Origin: Candidatus Latescibacterota bacterium
Lineage (GTDB): Bacteria; Latescibacterota; UBA2968
NCBI GenBank assembly: GCA_965207885.1
Contig: OZ242311.1
Span: 3,680,001-3,744,000 of the forward strand
DNA: 64,000 nt
Reading direction: 5' to 3'
Shown: positions 38,757 to 48,182 of the stretch, in pieces
Numbering within the stretch: the first letter of the stretch is position 1
Layout of the letters: every line of letters begins with the position of its first letter
Translations under genes and position numbers: made by a program
The notes under the pieces: generated by a model
What the model was told of the DNA's origin: nothing
Database searches by the model: none
The model's input: only the letters and a program-made list of their open reading frames with translations

Positions 38757-39669
38757 GCGCGTGACAGCAATAGTGGTCAATTGGAATGCCGGAGAACATC
38801 TGGCGCAATGCGTTACAGCATTGATCGATCAGTGTGGAATTGATCTCGATGTGATCGTAGTCGATAACGCATCGTCGGACAACAGTCTGGAGGCATTGAA
38901 AACTTATGGCGACCGCGTGCGCGTGATTCAAACCGGCGAAAATCTGGGTTTTGGGCGCGCAGTGAACCGCGGTGTGGCTGTCTCGCATAGCGCAATTGTC
39001 GTAGCCATGAATCCCGATGTTGTGTTGCAGCCAGATGCTGTGAATACAATGGTCGAATTTTTGAACACTCACGCCAATGTGGGCATGGTAGGGCCAAAGT
39101 TGAAAGACGCGGATGAACAGGTACTGGCCTCATGCGGCGAAGCGCCGAGGCTCAGAGATGAAATCTGTCGTAAATTCCTATTGCATCTAATATTTCCATT
39201 GCTTAAATTTCGGCGACGAAGCCCCTCCAAACCCGAAGCCGTGGCCTGGGTAACCGGGGCGTGTTTCGCGGTTCGTCGCCGCGTTCTGGACGCAGTCAAC
39301 GGGTTGGACGAGGCCATTTTTATGTATTACGAAGATGTAGATCTCGGCCTGAGCATCAACCGTGCGGGCTGGCAGGTCATGTATTTGCCCCACGCCGAAG
39401 GCATACATATTGGGGGCGAAAGTTCCAAACAGGCATTGACGCGGATGCTCGTGGTCAGTGAAGCGTCTTATGCCTATTTTATTGCCAAACACCTGGGGCA
39501 ATGGGCCGCGCGCTTGCTCAGGCTCCTCCGCCCCATCGAAATGACATTGCGCGCATTGCTCTGGGGAAGTGTGTTTTTACTCGCCCACAGCCGTCGCACA
39601 GAAGCGCGAGCGCGTTTGCGGGCTTACTGGTTTATCTTAACTCACGGCGCTGTGGAGGAAGGTCCATGA
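38749..39669 (+). CDS. Glycosyltransferase family 2 (WbbL-like)
   Basis: IVVNWN, VVDNASSD, NLGFGRAVNRG, NPD, WVTGAC, FMYYEDVD, HIGGES. Confidence 0.9.
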   Translation: MPERVTAIVVNWNAGEHLAQCVTALIDQCGIDLDVIVVDNASSDNSLEALKTYGDRVRVIQTGENLGFGRAVNRGVAVSHSAIVVAMNPDVVLQPDAVNTMVEFLNTHANVGMVGPKLKDADEQVLASCGEAPRLRDEICRKFLLHLIFPLLKFRRRSPSKPEAVAWVTGACFAVRRRVLDAVNGLDEAIFMYYEDVDLGLSINRAGWQVMYLPHAEGIHIGGESSKQALTRMLVVSEASYAYFIAKHLGQWAARLLRLLRPIEMTLRALLWGSVFLLAHSRRTEARARLRAYWFILTHGAVEEGP

Positions 39670-40778
39670 TTCCCATTTTTCGTCCCTGGTTTGACAACGC
39701 AGAAGTCGAAGCTGTGCGCGAGGTATTGATGTCCGGTTGGGTCGGACCCGGGGAAAAGGTCGAAGAACTCGAAGCGCGATTTGCCCATTATGTGGGAGCA
39801 CAACACGCGGTATCTCTGAACTCGTGCTCTGCAGCACTGCTGTTGGCCTTGAAAACACTGGATATAGAAGGGGGAGAGGTCATTACCACACCCTTGACCT
39901 TTGTATCGACCAATCACGCAATTTTGCAAAACGGAGCCACGCCGGTTTTTTGCGACATAGATCCCGAAACACTCAATATCGATCCAAAAGCAATTGCCGC
40001 CAAAATCACGGCGCGCACCCGAGCGATTATGGTGGTGCATTTTGCCGGGCACCCTTGCGACATGGATGAGATTCTATCCATCGCAAACCAGCACGGAATT
40101 CCAGTCGTAGAAGACGCCGCACACGCCAGCGGCGCGCGTTACAAAGGCCAAATGGTCGGCGGAATGGGCACAGTAACATGTTTTAGTTTTGATGCGCGTA
40201 AAAATTTGTCAACATGTGACGGTGGGATGTTGACCACCAACAATTCAGACCTTGCCGAGCGCGCGCGAAAACTGCGCTGGATGGGCATCTCTCGCGGAAC
40301 TTATGATCGGTTTCGAAAAAATGGCGCAGAGCGCCGATGGGAATACGAAGTAGGCGAACTCGGCTATAAATGCTATATGAACGATCTCAATGCGGCAATT
40401 GGTCTGGTGCAATTGGGCAAATTGGAGTCAGCCAATGCACAACGCCGAGAGATTTTTTTGCAGTACGGACGTGCATTTGCCGCCCTCGACTGGATGCAAA
40501 TACCTGTAGAAAAACCCCAGGTTCGCAGTGCAATGCACGCTTATGTGGCACGCGTATCCCAGCGCGATGAATTGATAGATCATCTGGGGCAACACAACAT
40601 CGATGCGGGCGTACACTACAAGCCCTGCCATTTATTTGAAGTGTACAAACCCTATCGTACCGACCTGCCCATCACCGATGCCGTGTGGCGCAATCTGGTC
40701 ACGCTGCCCCTGTTCCCAAGCATGACCGAAAACGAAATTGGACAAGTCATCGCAGCCGTGTGCGACTTTCAACCCTAA
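39666..40778 (+). CDS. DegT/DnrJ/EryC1/StrS sugar aminotransferase
   Basis: MIPIFRP, SGWVGPG, TFVST, VHFAGHP, EDAAHA, FSFDARKNL..DGG, GVHY; ATG 39666 overlaps the GT2 stop. Confidence 0.93.
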   Translation: MIPIFRPWFDNAEVEAVREVLMSGWVGPGEKVEELEARFAHYVGAQHAVSLNSCSAALLLALKTLDIEGGEVITTPLTFVSTNHAILQNGATPVFCDIDPETLNIDPKAIAAKITARTRAIMVVHFAGHPCDMDEILSIANQHGIPVVEDAAHASGARYKGQMVGGMGTVTCFSFDARKNLSTCDGGMLTTNNSDLAERARKLRWMGISRGTYDRFRKNGAERRWEYEVGELGYKCYMNDLNAAIGLVQLGKLESANAQRREIFLQYGRAFAALDWMQIPVEKPQVRSAMHAYVARVSQRDELIDHLGQHNIDAGVHYKPCHLFEVYKPYRTDLPITDAVWRNLVTLPLFPSMTENEIGQVIAAVCDFQP

Positions 40779-40786
40779 GGTGTGTT

Positions 40787-41752
40787 TTGACGCCCGTTAT
40801 CTTATTCGGTACTACCGCAATTCTATCGGCTTTATTCACAGCGGTTGCGCGCCTGATGGCTCGCCGTTTTAATGCGCCCGACGCGCCTGTTTCAACTCTG
40901 GGCGGTACAGCTTTGCTGGCCGCTCTTTTTTGTAGCTTTTGGTTTTTGCCTCAATCGCTCCCGTTGGGCCTCGTCATCGGTGCTGTGGGAATGGCACTCA
41001 TAGGCATTTTAGACGACTGGAAGCCTTTTGCACCGCTACACAAATTTGCGTTGACCCTTGTAGCTGCAGGCATTGCCGCCTACCTCGGCCCGTGTATCCA
41101 TCTCACAAATATTATCTGGATAGATCGCCCCCTGACTGCGCTGTGGATGGTCTGGATGTGCCATGCGTTCAATGTTCTGGACATGGAAGACGGTCTTTCC
41201 TCAGGTAGTGGAACCATTGCTTCGCTGAGTTTGTGGGTGATAAATGCTGGCGATTGGGCACTCGTAACAGCGGGCGCACTCACGGGGTATTTGCTACACA
41301 ATTTTCATCCCGCCCGCATCCTCATGGGCGACACCGGAAGCCTGTTAATTGGCTTTTTGCTCAGTAGTATGGCCGTTTCTGTCGCAAATCAAATTGGCGG
41401 TCTCATGGGGGTCATCGGACCTTTGATCGCTCTGGGCCTGCCCATCTTTGAAGCGATATTTATCAGTGCGATCCGATTTGCCAAAGGCCGCTCTATTGTC
41501 CGACCCAGCCGGGATCACGTCGCACAGCGATTGATACAATGGGGGCTACCAGTGCGTGCAGCAGTCGTTCTGATGTGGCTGACAGGCGCAATTTTGGGTA
41601 CTTTGGCTCTCGTGTTCGCGTTAGGGCATTGGATCAGTTTGGTGGCGTTGCGTGCCTTGCAATCGGTGCGTGGTGGGGATTGTCGCGCGTGGATATGGAA
41701 GGCGATGGATGTGATGGACGCCCGGTCGGTCTATTTGGCAAAAACTGGTTGA
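40787..41752 (+). CDS. MraY/WecA-like polyprenyl-phosphate sugar-1-phosphate transferase (C-terminus probably frameshifted)
   Basis: LGG, GILDD, FNVLDMEDGL, NFHPARILMGDTGS, RDHVAQRL; TTG start 40787 after TAAGG; terminal hydrophobic helix appears to continue in the -1 frame near 41640. Confidence 0.8.
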   Translation: MTPVILFGTTAILSALFTAVARLMARRFNAPDAPVSTLGGTALLAALFCSFWFLPQSLPLGLVIGAVGMALIGILDDWKPFAPLHKFALTLVAAGIAAYLGPCIHLTNIIWIDRPLTALWMVWMCHAFNVLDMEDGLSSGSGTIASLSLWVINAGDWALVTAGALTGYLLHNFHPARILMGDTGSLLIGFLLSSMAVSVANQIGGLMGVIGPLIALGLPIFEAIFISAIRFAKGRSIVRPSRDHVAQRLIQWGLPVRAAVVLMWLTGAILGTLALVFALGHWISLVALRALQSVRGGDCRAWIWKAMDVMDARSVYLAKTG

Positions 41753-42390
41753 TTCACCGCACAATGCGCCAGACAATGGACAAAGTAAAGGAGATGGTAA
41801 GTGGAAAATTGCTGGATGTGGGGTGTGGCAATAAACCCTATGCCAGCATTTTTGAGACGCGCGTGCAACAATACATCGGCCTGGAAAAAGGGCACGAGCG
41901 GTATGAACGCGCCGACGTGTGGGGCGATGTGCTGGCCCTCCCCATCCGCGACCAAACCTGCGGTACCGTGTTGTGCAATCAGGTCTTAGAACATGTGCCG
42001 CAGCCCCAACTGGCAATTGACGAAATGGCGCGCGTATTGCGACCGGGTGGCTATTTAATTCTCACCGCACCCCATATTTGGGGCTTGCACGAAGTCCCCC
42101 ACGACTATTTCCGCTTTACGCCTTATGGCTTGCGCCATCTCGCTGAAAAATCGGGGCTAACCGTCCATACAACGCAGGCACTTGCGGGATTTTGGGTCAC
42201 AGCCGGAACGCGATTCTGTTATTATTTGGCGCGTTTTGAGCGCGGACCTCTAATCCCCTTTACGCGCATTGGATTTTTGCTCATCCAACTCGGCGCACTA
42301 TTTTTGGATCGCTTGCACCGCGTAGAGAGCGAAGCGTGGAATTTTCTACTCATCGCACAAAAGCGCGCAAAGGTTTTATCCCATGAGTGA
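41695..42390 (+). CDS. Class I SAM-dependent methyltransferase (possibly the C-terminal domain of a WecA fusion)
   Basis: LLDVGCGNKPY, VLCNQVLEHV, RVLRPGG, HEVPHDYFRFT; the frame is open from 41539 and the start is uncertain. Confidence 0.8.
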   Translation: MEGDGCDGRPVGLFGKNWLIHRTMRQTMDKVKEMVSGKLLDVGCGNKPYASIFETRVQQYIGLEKGHERYERADVWGDVLALPIRDQTCGTVLCNQVLEHVPQPQLAIDEMARVLRPGGYLILTAPHIWGLHEVPHDYFRFTPYGLRHLAEKSGLTVHTTQALAGFWVTAGTRFCYYLARFERGPLIPFTRIGFLLIQLGALFLDRLHRVESEAWNFLLIAQKRAKVLSHE

Positions 42391-44506
42391 TTTTATCGCG
42401 TCCATTAAAGCCAATTTTAATGAGCGGTACCCGGGTATCCACCATGCGATAGTGAAACACTATTTCACATCTATCATCATCCTGATCATCTTCTTTGCAT
42501 TTATCCTTCGATATTTCCAATTAAACGTCGGTTTGCCCTATTTGTATTTTTGGGATGAACCCCTTACAGCCAGCAACGCGCTTCAGATGATAAAAACGGG
42601 GGATTACAACCCCCATTTTTTTAAGTACGGTTCTCTGATGATTTATTTGAACCTGCTGATCGATCAGTTATACCGTATTTATCTCTCACTCACGGGCGAT
42701 TTGGCAAGCGTAGAAAATATACGCATTGGAGCCGACACCGGTTGGCACTGGACGATATCTCATCCGAGCTTTTATTTTTGGAATCGTTTTTTGACCGCCA
42801 CAATGGGCATCGCAACAGTATTTATCGCCTATTTAATCAGCAGGTCGATATGCAACAGATGGACAGGCATCATATCGGCCCTTTTTTTATCTGTTCTCCC
42901 GATCCACATAGTTCATTCGGGTTTTGTAACAATGGACGCGCCAGTCGCCCTGTTTGTCTCGCTTGTCGCCCTATTCTCCATTTTGTTTATCGACCAAAAA
43001 AAAATCATCTATTTCATATTGGGTTTAATATGCGTCGGCTTTGCCACAGCGATAAAATACAATTCGAGCCTGGTAATTTTGCTCCCCATTGCATCGCTGA
43101 TTTGGATGTCTTACCGGGATGAACTCTCGCGCCAAAAATTTTATTGGCTTGCGATCCCCTGCCTGCCAGCGGTGACTTTCTTTTTTATGATGCCCTACGC
43201 AATTCTCGACTTTCCAAATTTTATTAAGGATGTCTTACACCAAATTAATTACTACAAAACCACGGGACACCCCGGCGCAACAATCAGCCCTGGATGGGAT
43301 TATTTTGCATTTCAGATACGGGAATTTTACCAAAACATAGGGCTAACAGGCACCATCCTGTTTGCAATCGGTCTGGCGGGGACAATTTCCCGCCCTGTAT
43401 TACTCCTGATCTTATTATTTCCCGCGAGCTATCTTGTATTTATGAGCGGCATGACCGTCAACTTTCACAGAAACTTTATACAGGTGTACCCATTCATCGC
43501 CGTCTTTACTGGTGTCGCGTTTTACAATCTGCATGCAGCATTGACGCGCTTTTATCCAAAGCTCAAAAAGCCAATTCTGATTGTATGCCTCGCAGCCATG
43601 CTCGTTTTACTGCCACGAGCTTATGACGCTTATCAAACGGGCATAGTATTGCACAACACCAGAGATACCAGAAGCACAGTCATAGATACGCTCAACGCAA
43701 TGGAAAATATGCAACAAGTCGTCTTTGCCAGAGAACTGCGTATTCACAAACAAGACCTCGACAGATTAAAATACGACTATGCGATACAGCCCATAGAAAT
43801 AATGAGCGCGGAACAAAATAGAGACCGCACACACTATGTCTTGCCAGTCGAAATATCTCAGATTTACACTTATCACCAGGAGGAAATACAGACAAAACAA
43901 GCAATCATCAACAAAATCCCTGACGAGCATATTATGCAATACATCGACAACATTTACATCGGGAAAAATATAGGAAAAAATTACATCAAACAAAATGCCG
44001 CAACCATGCTCGATGTATTTTCCACGAGCCCTTCGCTGATCATCGCAAATCAGATACCGCACGAACCATTGCACCCCGGCACTATTGCATTTGATACCTG
44101 CAAGCTATCTCCCACAGGCGTGCAAATCAACATCCGCAATACCGCAACACTCCGCGATGGCGTAATAACAACCCCGTCTTACCACCTGAAACGCGGGAGA
44201 TACCTGTTCACATTTCAAGCAAACAAATCTGCGACACCAGAACGCTCTAAAAGCTTTATTTTTAGAGAATACGAAACAAAAATCACCGTAAAACGCCTGA
44301 ACGCATTCCGCGAACATGCGAGCATCAAGGTCTCAATCTTTGCAGACCAGACGCTCTTAACACAACAAATATTCATCCCAACAGAGAACTTCGCTCAAAT
44401 GGACGCCTTTTTTTCGCTCGAAAAAAACCAGCGCGTTTCAGTCAAAATAGAAAATCTCTATCCTGTGAAAACAACAGTTAAGCAACTGAAAATTTTGGCT
44501 TTGTAA
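42383..44506 (+). CDS. Glycosyltransferase family 39 (PMT-like) with periplasmic C-terminal extension
   Basis: GLPY..WDEP, YNPHFFKYGS, HIVHSGFVTMDAP, AIKY, PYAILD, RNF; AT-richer than its neighbours. Confidence 0.75.
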   Translation: MSDFIASIKANFNERYPGIHHAIVKHYFTSIIILIIFFAFILRYFQLNVGLPYLYFWDEPLTASNALQMIKTGDYNPHFFKYGSLMIYLNLLIDQLYRIYLSLTGDLASVENIRIGADTGWHWTISHPSFYFWNRFLTATMGIATVFIAYLISRSICNRWTGIISALFLSVLPIHIVHSGFVTMDAPVALFVSLVALFSILFIDQKKIIYFILGLICVGFATAIKYNSSLVILLPIASLIWMSYRDELSRQKFYWLAIPCLPAVTFFFMMPYAILDFPNFIKDVLHQINYYKTTGHPGATISPGWDYFAFQIREFYQNIGLTGTILFAIGLAGTISRPVLLLILLFPASYLVFMSGMTVNFHRNFIQVYPFIAVFTGVAFYNLHAALTRFYPKLKKPILIVCLAAMLVLLPRAYDAYQTGIVLHNTRDTRSTVIDTLNAMENMQQVVFARELRIHKQDLDRLKYDYAIQPIEIMSAEQNRDRTHYVLPVEISQIYTYHQEEIQTKQAIINKIPDEHIMQYIDNIYIGKNIGKNYIKQNAATMLDVFSTSPSLIIANQIPHEPLHPGTIAFDTCKLSPTGVQINIRNTATLRDGVITTPSYHLKRGRYLFTFQANKSATPERSKSFIFREYETKITVKRLNAFREHASIKVSIFADQTLLTQQIFIPTENFAQMDAFFSLEKNQRVSVKIENLYPVKTTVKQLKILAL

Positions 44507-44534
44507 AATTTTCAAACTGTTGTAAAAATTCACA
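44502..44534 (+). promoter_or_regulatory. Tandem putative enhancer-binding-protein sites (TGT-N8-ACA-like)
   Basis: TGTAAAATTTTCAA (44502) and TGTAAAAATTCACA (44521), 19 nt apart, ~90-120 nt upstream of a sigma54 box. Confidence 0.55.
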
Positions 44535-44590
44535 CCTGTGCCATAGCGTCACATATCCCGCCTTTTCTATCCTGATTATATCATGTTGTA

Positions 44591-44603
44591 ATTCAACAAC
44601 TTA
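44591..44603 (+). promoter_or_regulatory. IHF-like binding site
   Basis: ATTCAACAACTTA vs consensus WATCAANNNNTTR (one mismatch), between the UAS and the -24/-12 box. Confidence 0.45.
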
Positions 44604-44620
44604 AAACAATTCATCTCAAT

Positions 44621-44636
44621 TGGCACGCTGTTTGCA
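44621..44636 (+). promoter_or_regulatory. sigma54 (RpoN) -24/-12 promoter
   Basis: TGGCACG-CTGT-TTGCA, an exact match to TGGCACG-N4-TTGCW, 45 nt upstream of the 44681 start. Confidence 0.85.
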
Positions 44637-44680
44637 TAACACTTTTACCGCACACAAAAACCTCAACGGAGAAATGTGCG

Positions 44681-46039
44681 GTGAAAACAATTTACTACAC
44701 AGTGCTTTTGCTAACCGTCTCGCTACACGGCTGCGCCACCTATTCTCACTTTTCGGGCGACTTTCGCACGAGCCTGCGCGCGCGCAATTACGAAGACGCC
44801 CGTGCAAAAATCAAAAAGTCGAGAAAAAGAGGCAACCAATTGCTCTATCTCCTCGAAAATGGCCTCTTAACCCACTATCAGGGTCACTACGAAACATCCA
44901 ACCGCTATTTTGCCGAAGCCGAGCGGTTATCAGATCGACTCTATACCCGCTCGGTTTCCCGAGAAGCCGCCGCATTTTTGACCAACGACGCCATACGCAA
45001 CTACCGCGGCGACAGCTTTGAAATGGTTGCCGTACACTACTATCGCGCGTTGAACTACTGGTATCTGGGCCTCCCTGAAGACGCCCTTGTCGAATGTCGC
45101 AAAGCCAATTTGAAACTCGACCAATACGCCATCCACAATGGACAGACGAGTTACAAAAATGACGCCTTTATTCACTACATCACCGGCCTGTTCTACGAAG
45201 CCACAGGCGAATTCAACGACGCCCGCGTCTCCTATCAGCACGCACAAGACGCCTATTCATACTACGAAAAAAAGTTCTATACCGCCCCACCTCAAACCAT
45301 CGCCGAAGACCTCAAACAGGTAGATGACATTCTCAACGGCAAGGAATCCGACATGCGCTTTGCCTCGCTCAACATCCCGCCCTTTGTACCGCCTGTGGGC
45401 AATGGCGAACTCGTGATCTTTTCTGAAATCGGCTTTATCCCCCGCAAAGTCCAGGAGGAAATAGATCTGCCCGTTTACGAAGAAGACATCAAACACAGCA
45501 AAGGCGACAAAGTATCTACCATCGCCGCCGAAATCTCACACCGCCGTCACCGCGTATATCCCATTCGCGATGTCGAATACTGGTTGCGCGTTACCCTTCC
45601 CAAATACGAGGCCGTTGCCCCGCGCACAAAGCACATTCTCATCCGCGCAGGAAATCGCACCATCCAAACGCAGATCGCCCAAAATTACGCCGCAATTGCA
45701 AAAACATCGCTCCGGGATCACTACCCGAGGATTATGATCAGAACAATTGCACGCGGGCTTGTGAAATACATAGCCCACCGAGAGGCCAAAGACGAAAATG
45801 AAGTCCTCGGTTTCTTCGTCAACCTGTTCAACATCTCAACCGAAATCGCCGACACCCGCAGTTGGGTCTCCTTGCCCCACAATATACAAATCGGCCGCCT
45901 CGAACTGCCACCCGGTATTCACACCATCACGCTCGAAGCACTCGACGCCAACGGGCGCATTATCGAAACCGAAACCTTTACCAACATCGAAATCAAACCC
46001 GGCCAACGCACGTTTTTAAATCACAGGATCTATCAATAA
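44681..46039 (+). CDS. TPR lipoprotein, COG3014-like
   Basis: Lipobox LHGC, LLYLLENGL, SNRYFAEAE, Y.G..FE..AVHYYRALNY, DALVECRK, ADTRSWVSLP. Confidence 0.75.
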   Translation: MKTIYYTVLLLTVSLHGCATYSHFSGDFRTSLRARNYEDARAKIKKSRKRGNQLLYLLENGLLTHYQGHYETSNRYFAEAERLSDRLYTRSVSREAAAFLTNDAIRNYRGDSFEMVAVHYYRALNYWYLGLPEDALVECRKANLKLDQYAIHNGQTSYKNDAFIHYITGLFYEATGEFNDARVSYQHAQDAYSYYEKKFYTAPPQTIAEDLKQVDDILNGKESDMRFASLNIPPFVPPVGNGELVIFSEIGFIPRKVQEEIDLPVYEEDIKHSKGDKVSTIAAEISHRRHRVYPIRDVEYWLRVTLPKYEAVAPRTKHILIRAGNRTIQTQIAQNYAAIAKTSLRDHYPRIMIRTIARGLVKYIAHREAKDENEVLGFFVNLFNISTEIADTRSWVSLPHNIQIGRLELPPGIHTITLEALDANGRIIETETFTNIEIKPGQRTFLNHRIYQ

Positions 46040-46058
46040 TTACACAAGGAGGAACACA

Positions 46059-46874
46059 ATGAAACTTTCACATCGAAGTCTTTTGTCGATAATCGCTCTC
46101 GTCCTGCTGGTCATGTCAACGGCAAACGCGGCGCAATCAGACCTGCCGCCCACGCGGGGCATCGTCGTCAACCTCGTCGAATGGGACGGCGGAGAATTGC
46201 CCGCCGTTTATGAACGCACGGACCAGCTTCCCTTTACCCATGAGGACCTGTTGCAATTGGTACAAAGCGACTTTAAACCCGACCAAATTGCGCAGATGAT
46301 TTCCGAGCGGCGATATGCGGGCGATGCATCTGCCGAAGGTCTGATTGCACTGAAGAGAGCTGGTCTTGCACCCGTCGTTATACAGGCCATCTCCAAACAC
46401 GCGCTCGCGCCCAACCAATCGCTCAACCTCACCATTTACCTGACCTTTGACGGGCATTCCCAAACAGCGCGCCATCGCTTTCTCTACGTCATCATTCCCG
46501 ACGGCGAGATCCAGCGCGTCTTCACTGCCGACTTAAACACAGTGCTCGCCGGACAGTGGAAAAGAGACACCCTGATCGATGCCACAGACCCCTTGATCCC
46601 GCGAAAAATTCGGCGCGTCACCTTCTCGGGAACAATCCCACTCAAAACACACGGCAGCAAAACCGTACGAATTTTCACATCCTCGCGCCCGGGAATCTAT
46701 CAAATCGACGAGATACCAGCGATAGACCTCTCGCGGGTTCAAACATATCAAATGGATTATCCAGTCAGTTCACCCATTCAAGACTGCCGCGCCTATATCC
46801 GCTACAAACAGGATGTAGTGCTGCCGGACAAATGGCACATGATTGACACGCGCATGGAATGCGAATGGCGATAA
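46059..46874 (+). CDS. Exported hypothetical protein
   Basis: AGGAGG RBS, signal peptide (ANA-A), helical motif LIALKRAGLAPVVIQAI. Confidence 0.7.
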   Translation: MKLSHRSLLSIIALVLLVMSTANAAQSDLPPTRGIVVNLVEWDGGELPAVYERTDQLPFTHEDLLQLVQSDFKPDQIAQMISERRYAGDASAEGLIALKRAGLAPVVIQAISKHALAPNQSLNLTIYLTFDGHSQTARHRFLYVIIPDGEIQRVFTADLNTVLAGQWKRDTLIDATDPLIPRKIRRVTFSGTIPLKTHGSKTVRIFTSSRPGIYQIDEIPAIDLSRVQTYQMDYPVSSPIQDCRAYIRYKQDVVLPDKWHMIDTRMECEWR

Positions 46875-46909
46875 GACACGCCTTTCACCTCTCAACAAGG
46901 AGTTAAGCC

Positions 46910-47497
46910 ATGAAACTCATCACCTGGATAGCAATCGCCCTGATCGGTATCACAACTGGATGCGCTGGGCCCAGAGCCTTTACAAAAGGGACGTATGAAG
47001 ATCCCAAAACCATCGCCTTGCTCGACGACCGCTTTAACGAAAACGACATGCAACTCATCGCCAAAAAAGTCGTCGATTCAATCCTCAAAGCCCCATTGAA
47101 CAGACCTGAACCCGCCATCATGCTCGGCAAAATGCGCAATCGCACTACCGAACACATCGACATGGTAGCCCTCTCCGACAAAATCAAAACCGCATTGATC
47201 CAGAGCGGCAAAGTGCGCTTTGTCGATGTCACCAACCGCAAAGACATCGCCACAGAATACGACTATCAACAATCGGGCTACGTCGATCCCACACAGGCCA
47301 AAGCACCGGGCAAACAGACCGGATCAGACCTGATCCTCACAGGCACACTCAGCGCGAACGTGCAGGAAGTGGGCAAAGACAAACTCATCTACTACAAAGC
47401 CACTTTCCAACTCACGGATCTGGTCTCATCAGAAATTATATGGACAGACGAAAAAGAAATCCGCAAAGCCTACAAAAAGCGCAGCATCGGATTGTAA
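46910..47497 (+). CDS. Penicillin-binding protein activator LpoB-family (CsgG-like fold) lipoprotein
   Basis: Lipobox TTGC, NRTTEHID, LIQSGKVRFVD, GSDLILTGTL, LTDL..SEIIWTDEKEIRK. Confidence 0.8.
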   Translation: MKLITWIAIALIGITTGCAGPRAFTKGTYEDPKTIALLDDRFNENDMQLIAKKVVDSILKAPLNRPEPAIMLGKMRNRTTEHIDMVALSDKIKTALIQSGKVRFVDVTNRKDIATEYDYQQSGYVDPTQAKAPGKQTGSDLILTGTLSANVQEVGKDKLIYYKATFQLTDLVSSEIIWTDEKEIRKAYKKRSIGL

Positions 47498-47566
47498 TTG
47501 CGCAGAAGACCTGGGATTATTAGGTTGGGGTTTACGGATAATCCTGATCCAGAAAGGAGCAAAACC

Positions 47567-48112
47567 ATGAAACACCTGTTATTCACACTCGCAATCGCTA
47601 TACTTCTGGGGAGTAGTGCCAGCGCGCAAACTGGCCGCACTGATGGGGCAGAAGAAAGCGAATTCGGCAAAGGGGGATACCCGTTTGGCGGCCCGAGCCA
47701 TCGCGTCTATCTCAACACCGCCTTTGGCTCTGGTTTTTTTGACCTGACGGACGTCAACAAAACGCGCACGGGTTTTCTCTATGGGGTTGACCTCGGCGTC
47801 GAAATGGACCAGTGGCTCGGCATTCAGGCGAGCTATAATTATCTTTCCGACCGCGACATGTCCATCTTCAGCCTCGGCTCGCGTTTTGCCTACGCCTTTG
47901 ACCCCTTTGTGTACCACGTCTCGCTCAACGCCGGGCTATATGCGCCCAATGAAGGCAGCCGCAACTTTGGTCTGGCACCTGGCGCAGGCATAGACATCGT
48001 CCTCCACAAAAGGGTGCGTATCGGACTCGACTACAAACACGACTTTATCTTTACCGACAACCGCACCACCGACATGGACCGGATTTACGCAGGTCTCAAA
48101 TTCTTCTTTTAA
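47567..48112 (+). CDS. Small outer-membrane beta-barrel protein
   Basis: AAGGAG RBS, signal peptide, alternating beta strands (GAGIDI, RIGLDY), C-terminal YAGLKFFF. Confidence 0.75.
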   Translation: MKHLLFTLAIAILLGSSASAQTGRTDGAEESEFGKGGYPFGGPSHRVYLNTAFGSGFFDLTDVNKTRTGFLYGVDLGVEMDQWLGIQASYNYLSDRDMSIFSLGSRFAYAFDPFVYHVSLNAGLYAPNEGSRNFGLAPGAGIDIVLHKRVRIGLDYKHDFIFTDNRTTDMDRIYAGLKFFF

Positions 48113-48113
48113 T

Positions 48114-48156
48114 CAAAAAAACAAGAAGCGAGGGCCAAACAATCCCTCGCTTCTTG
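48114..48156. terminator. Terminator hairpin between convergent genes
   Basis: 13-bp perfect stem CAAGAAGCGAGGG / CCCTCGCTTCTTG, with an A-run on the left (U-tract on the minus strand). Confidence 0.75.
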
Positions 48157-48182
48157 CGTCTTATCCACAGGCCTCATATCAC

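Noticed and set aside
41630-41650. Programmed -1 ribosomal frameshift joining WecA and the methyltransferase
   Set aside because: No X-XXY-YYZ slippery heptamer or obvious stimulatory structure; an indel is more parsimonious.
47510-47552. Imperfect inverted repeat GGATTAT...ATAATCC between the lpoB-like and barrel genes
   Set aside because: Short and weak with no U-tract and a single occurrence; cannot support a terminator or element call.
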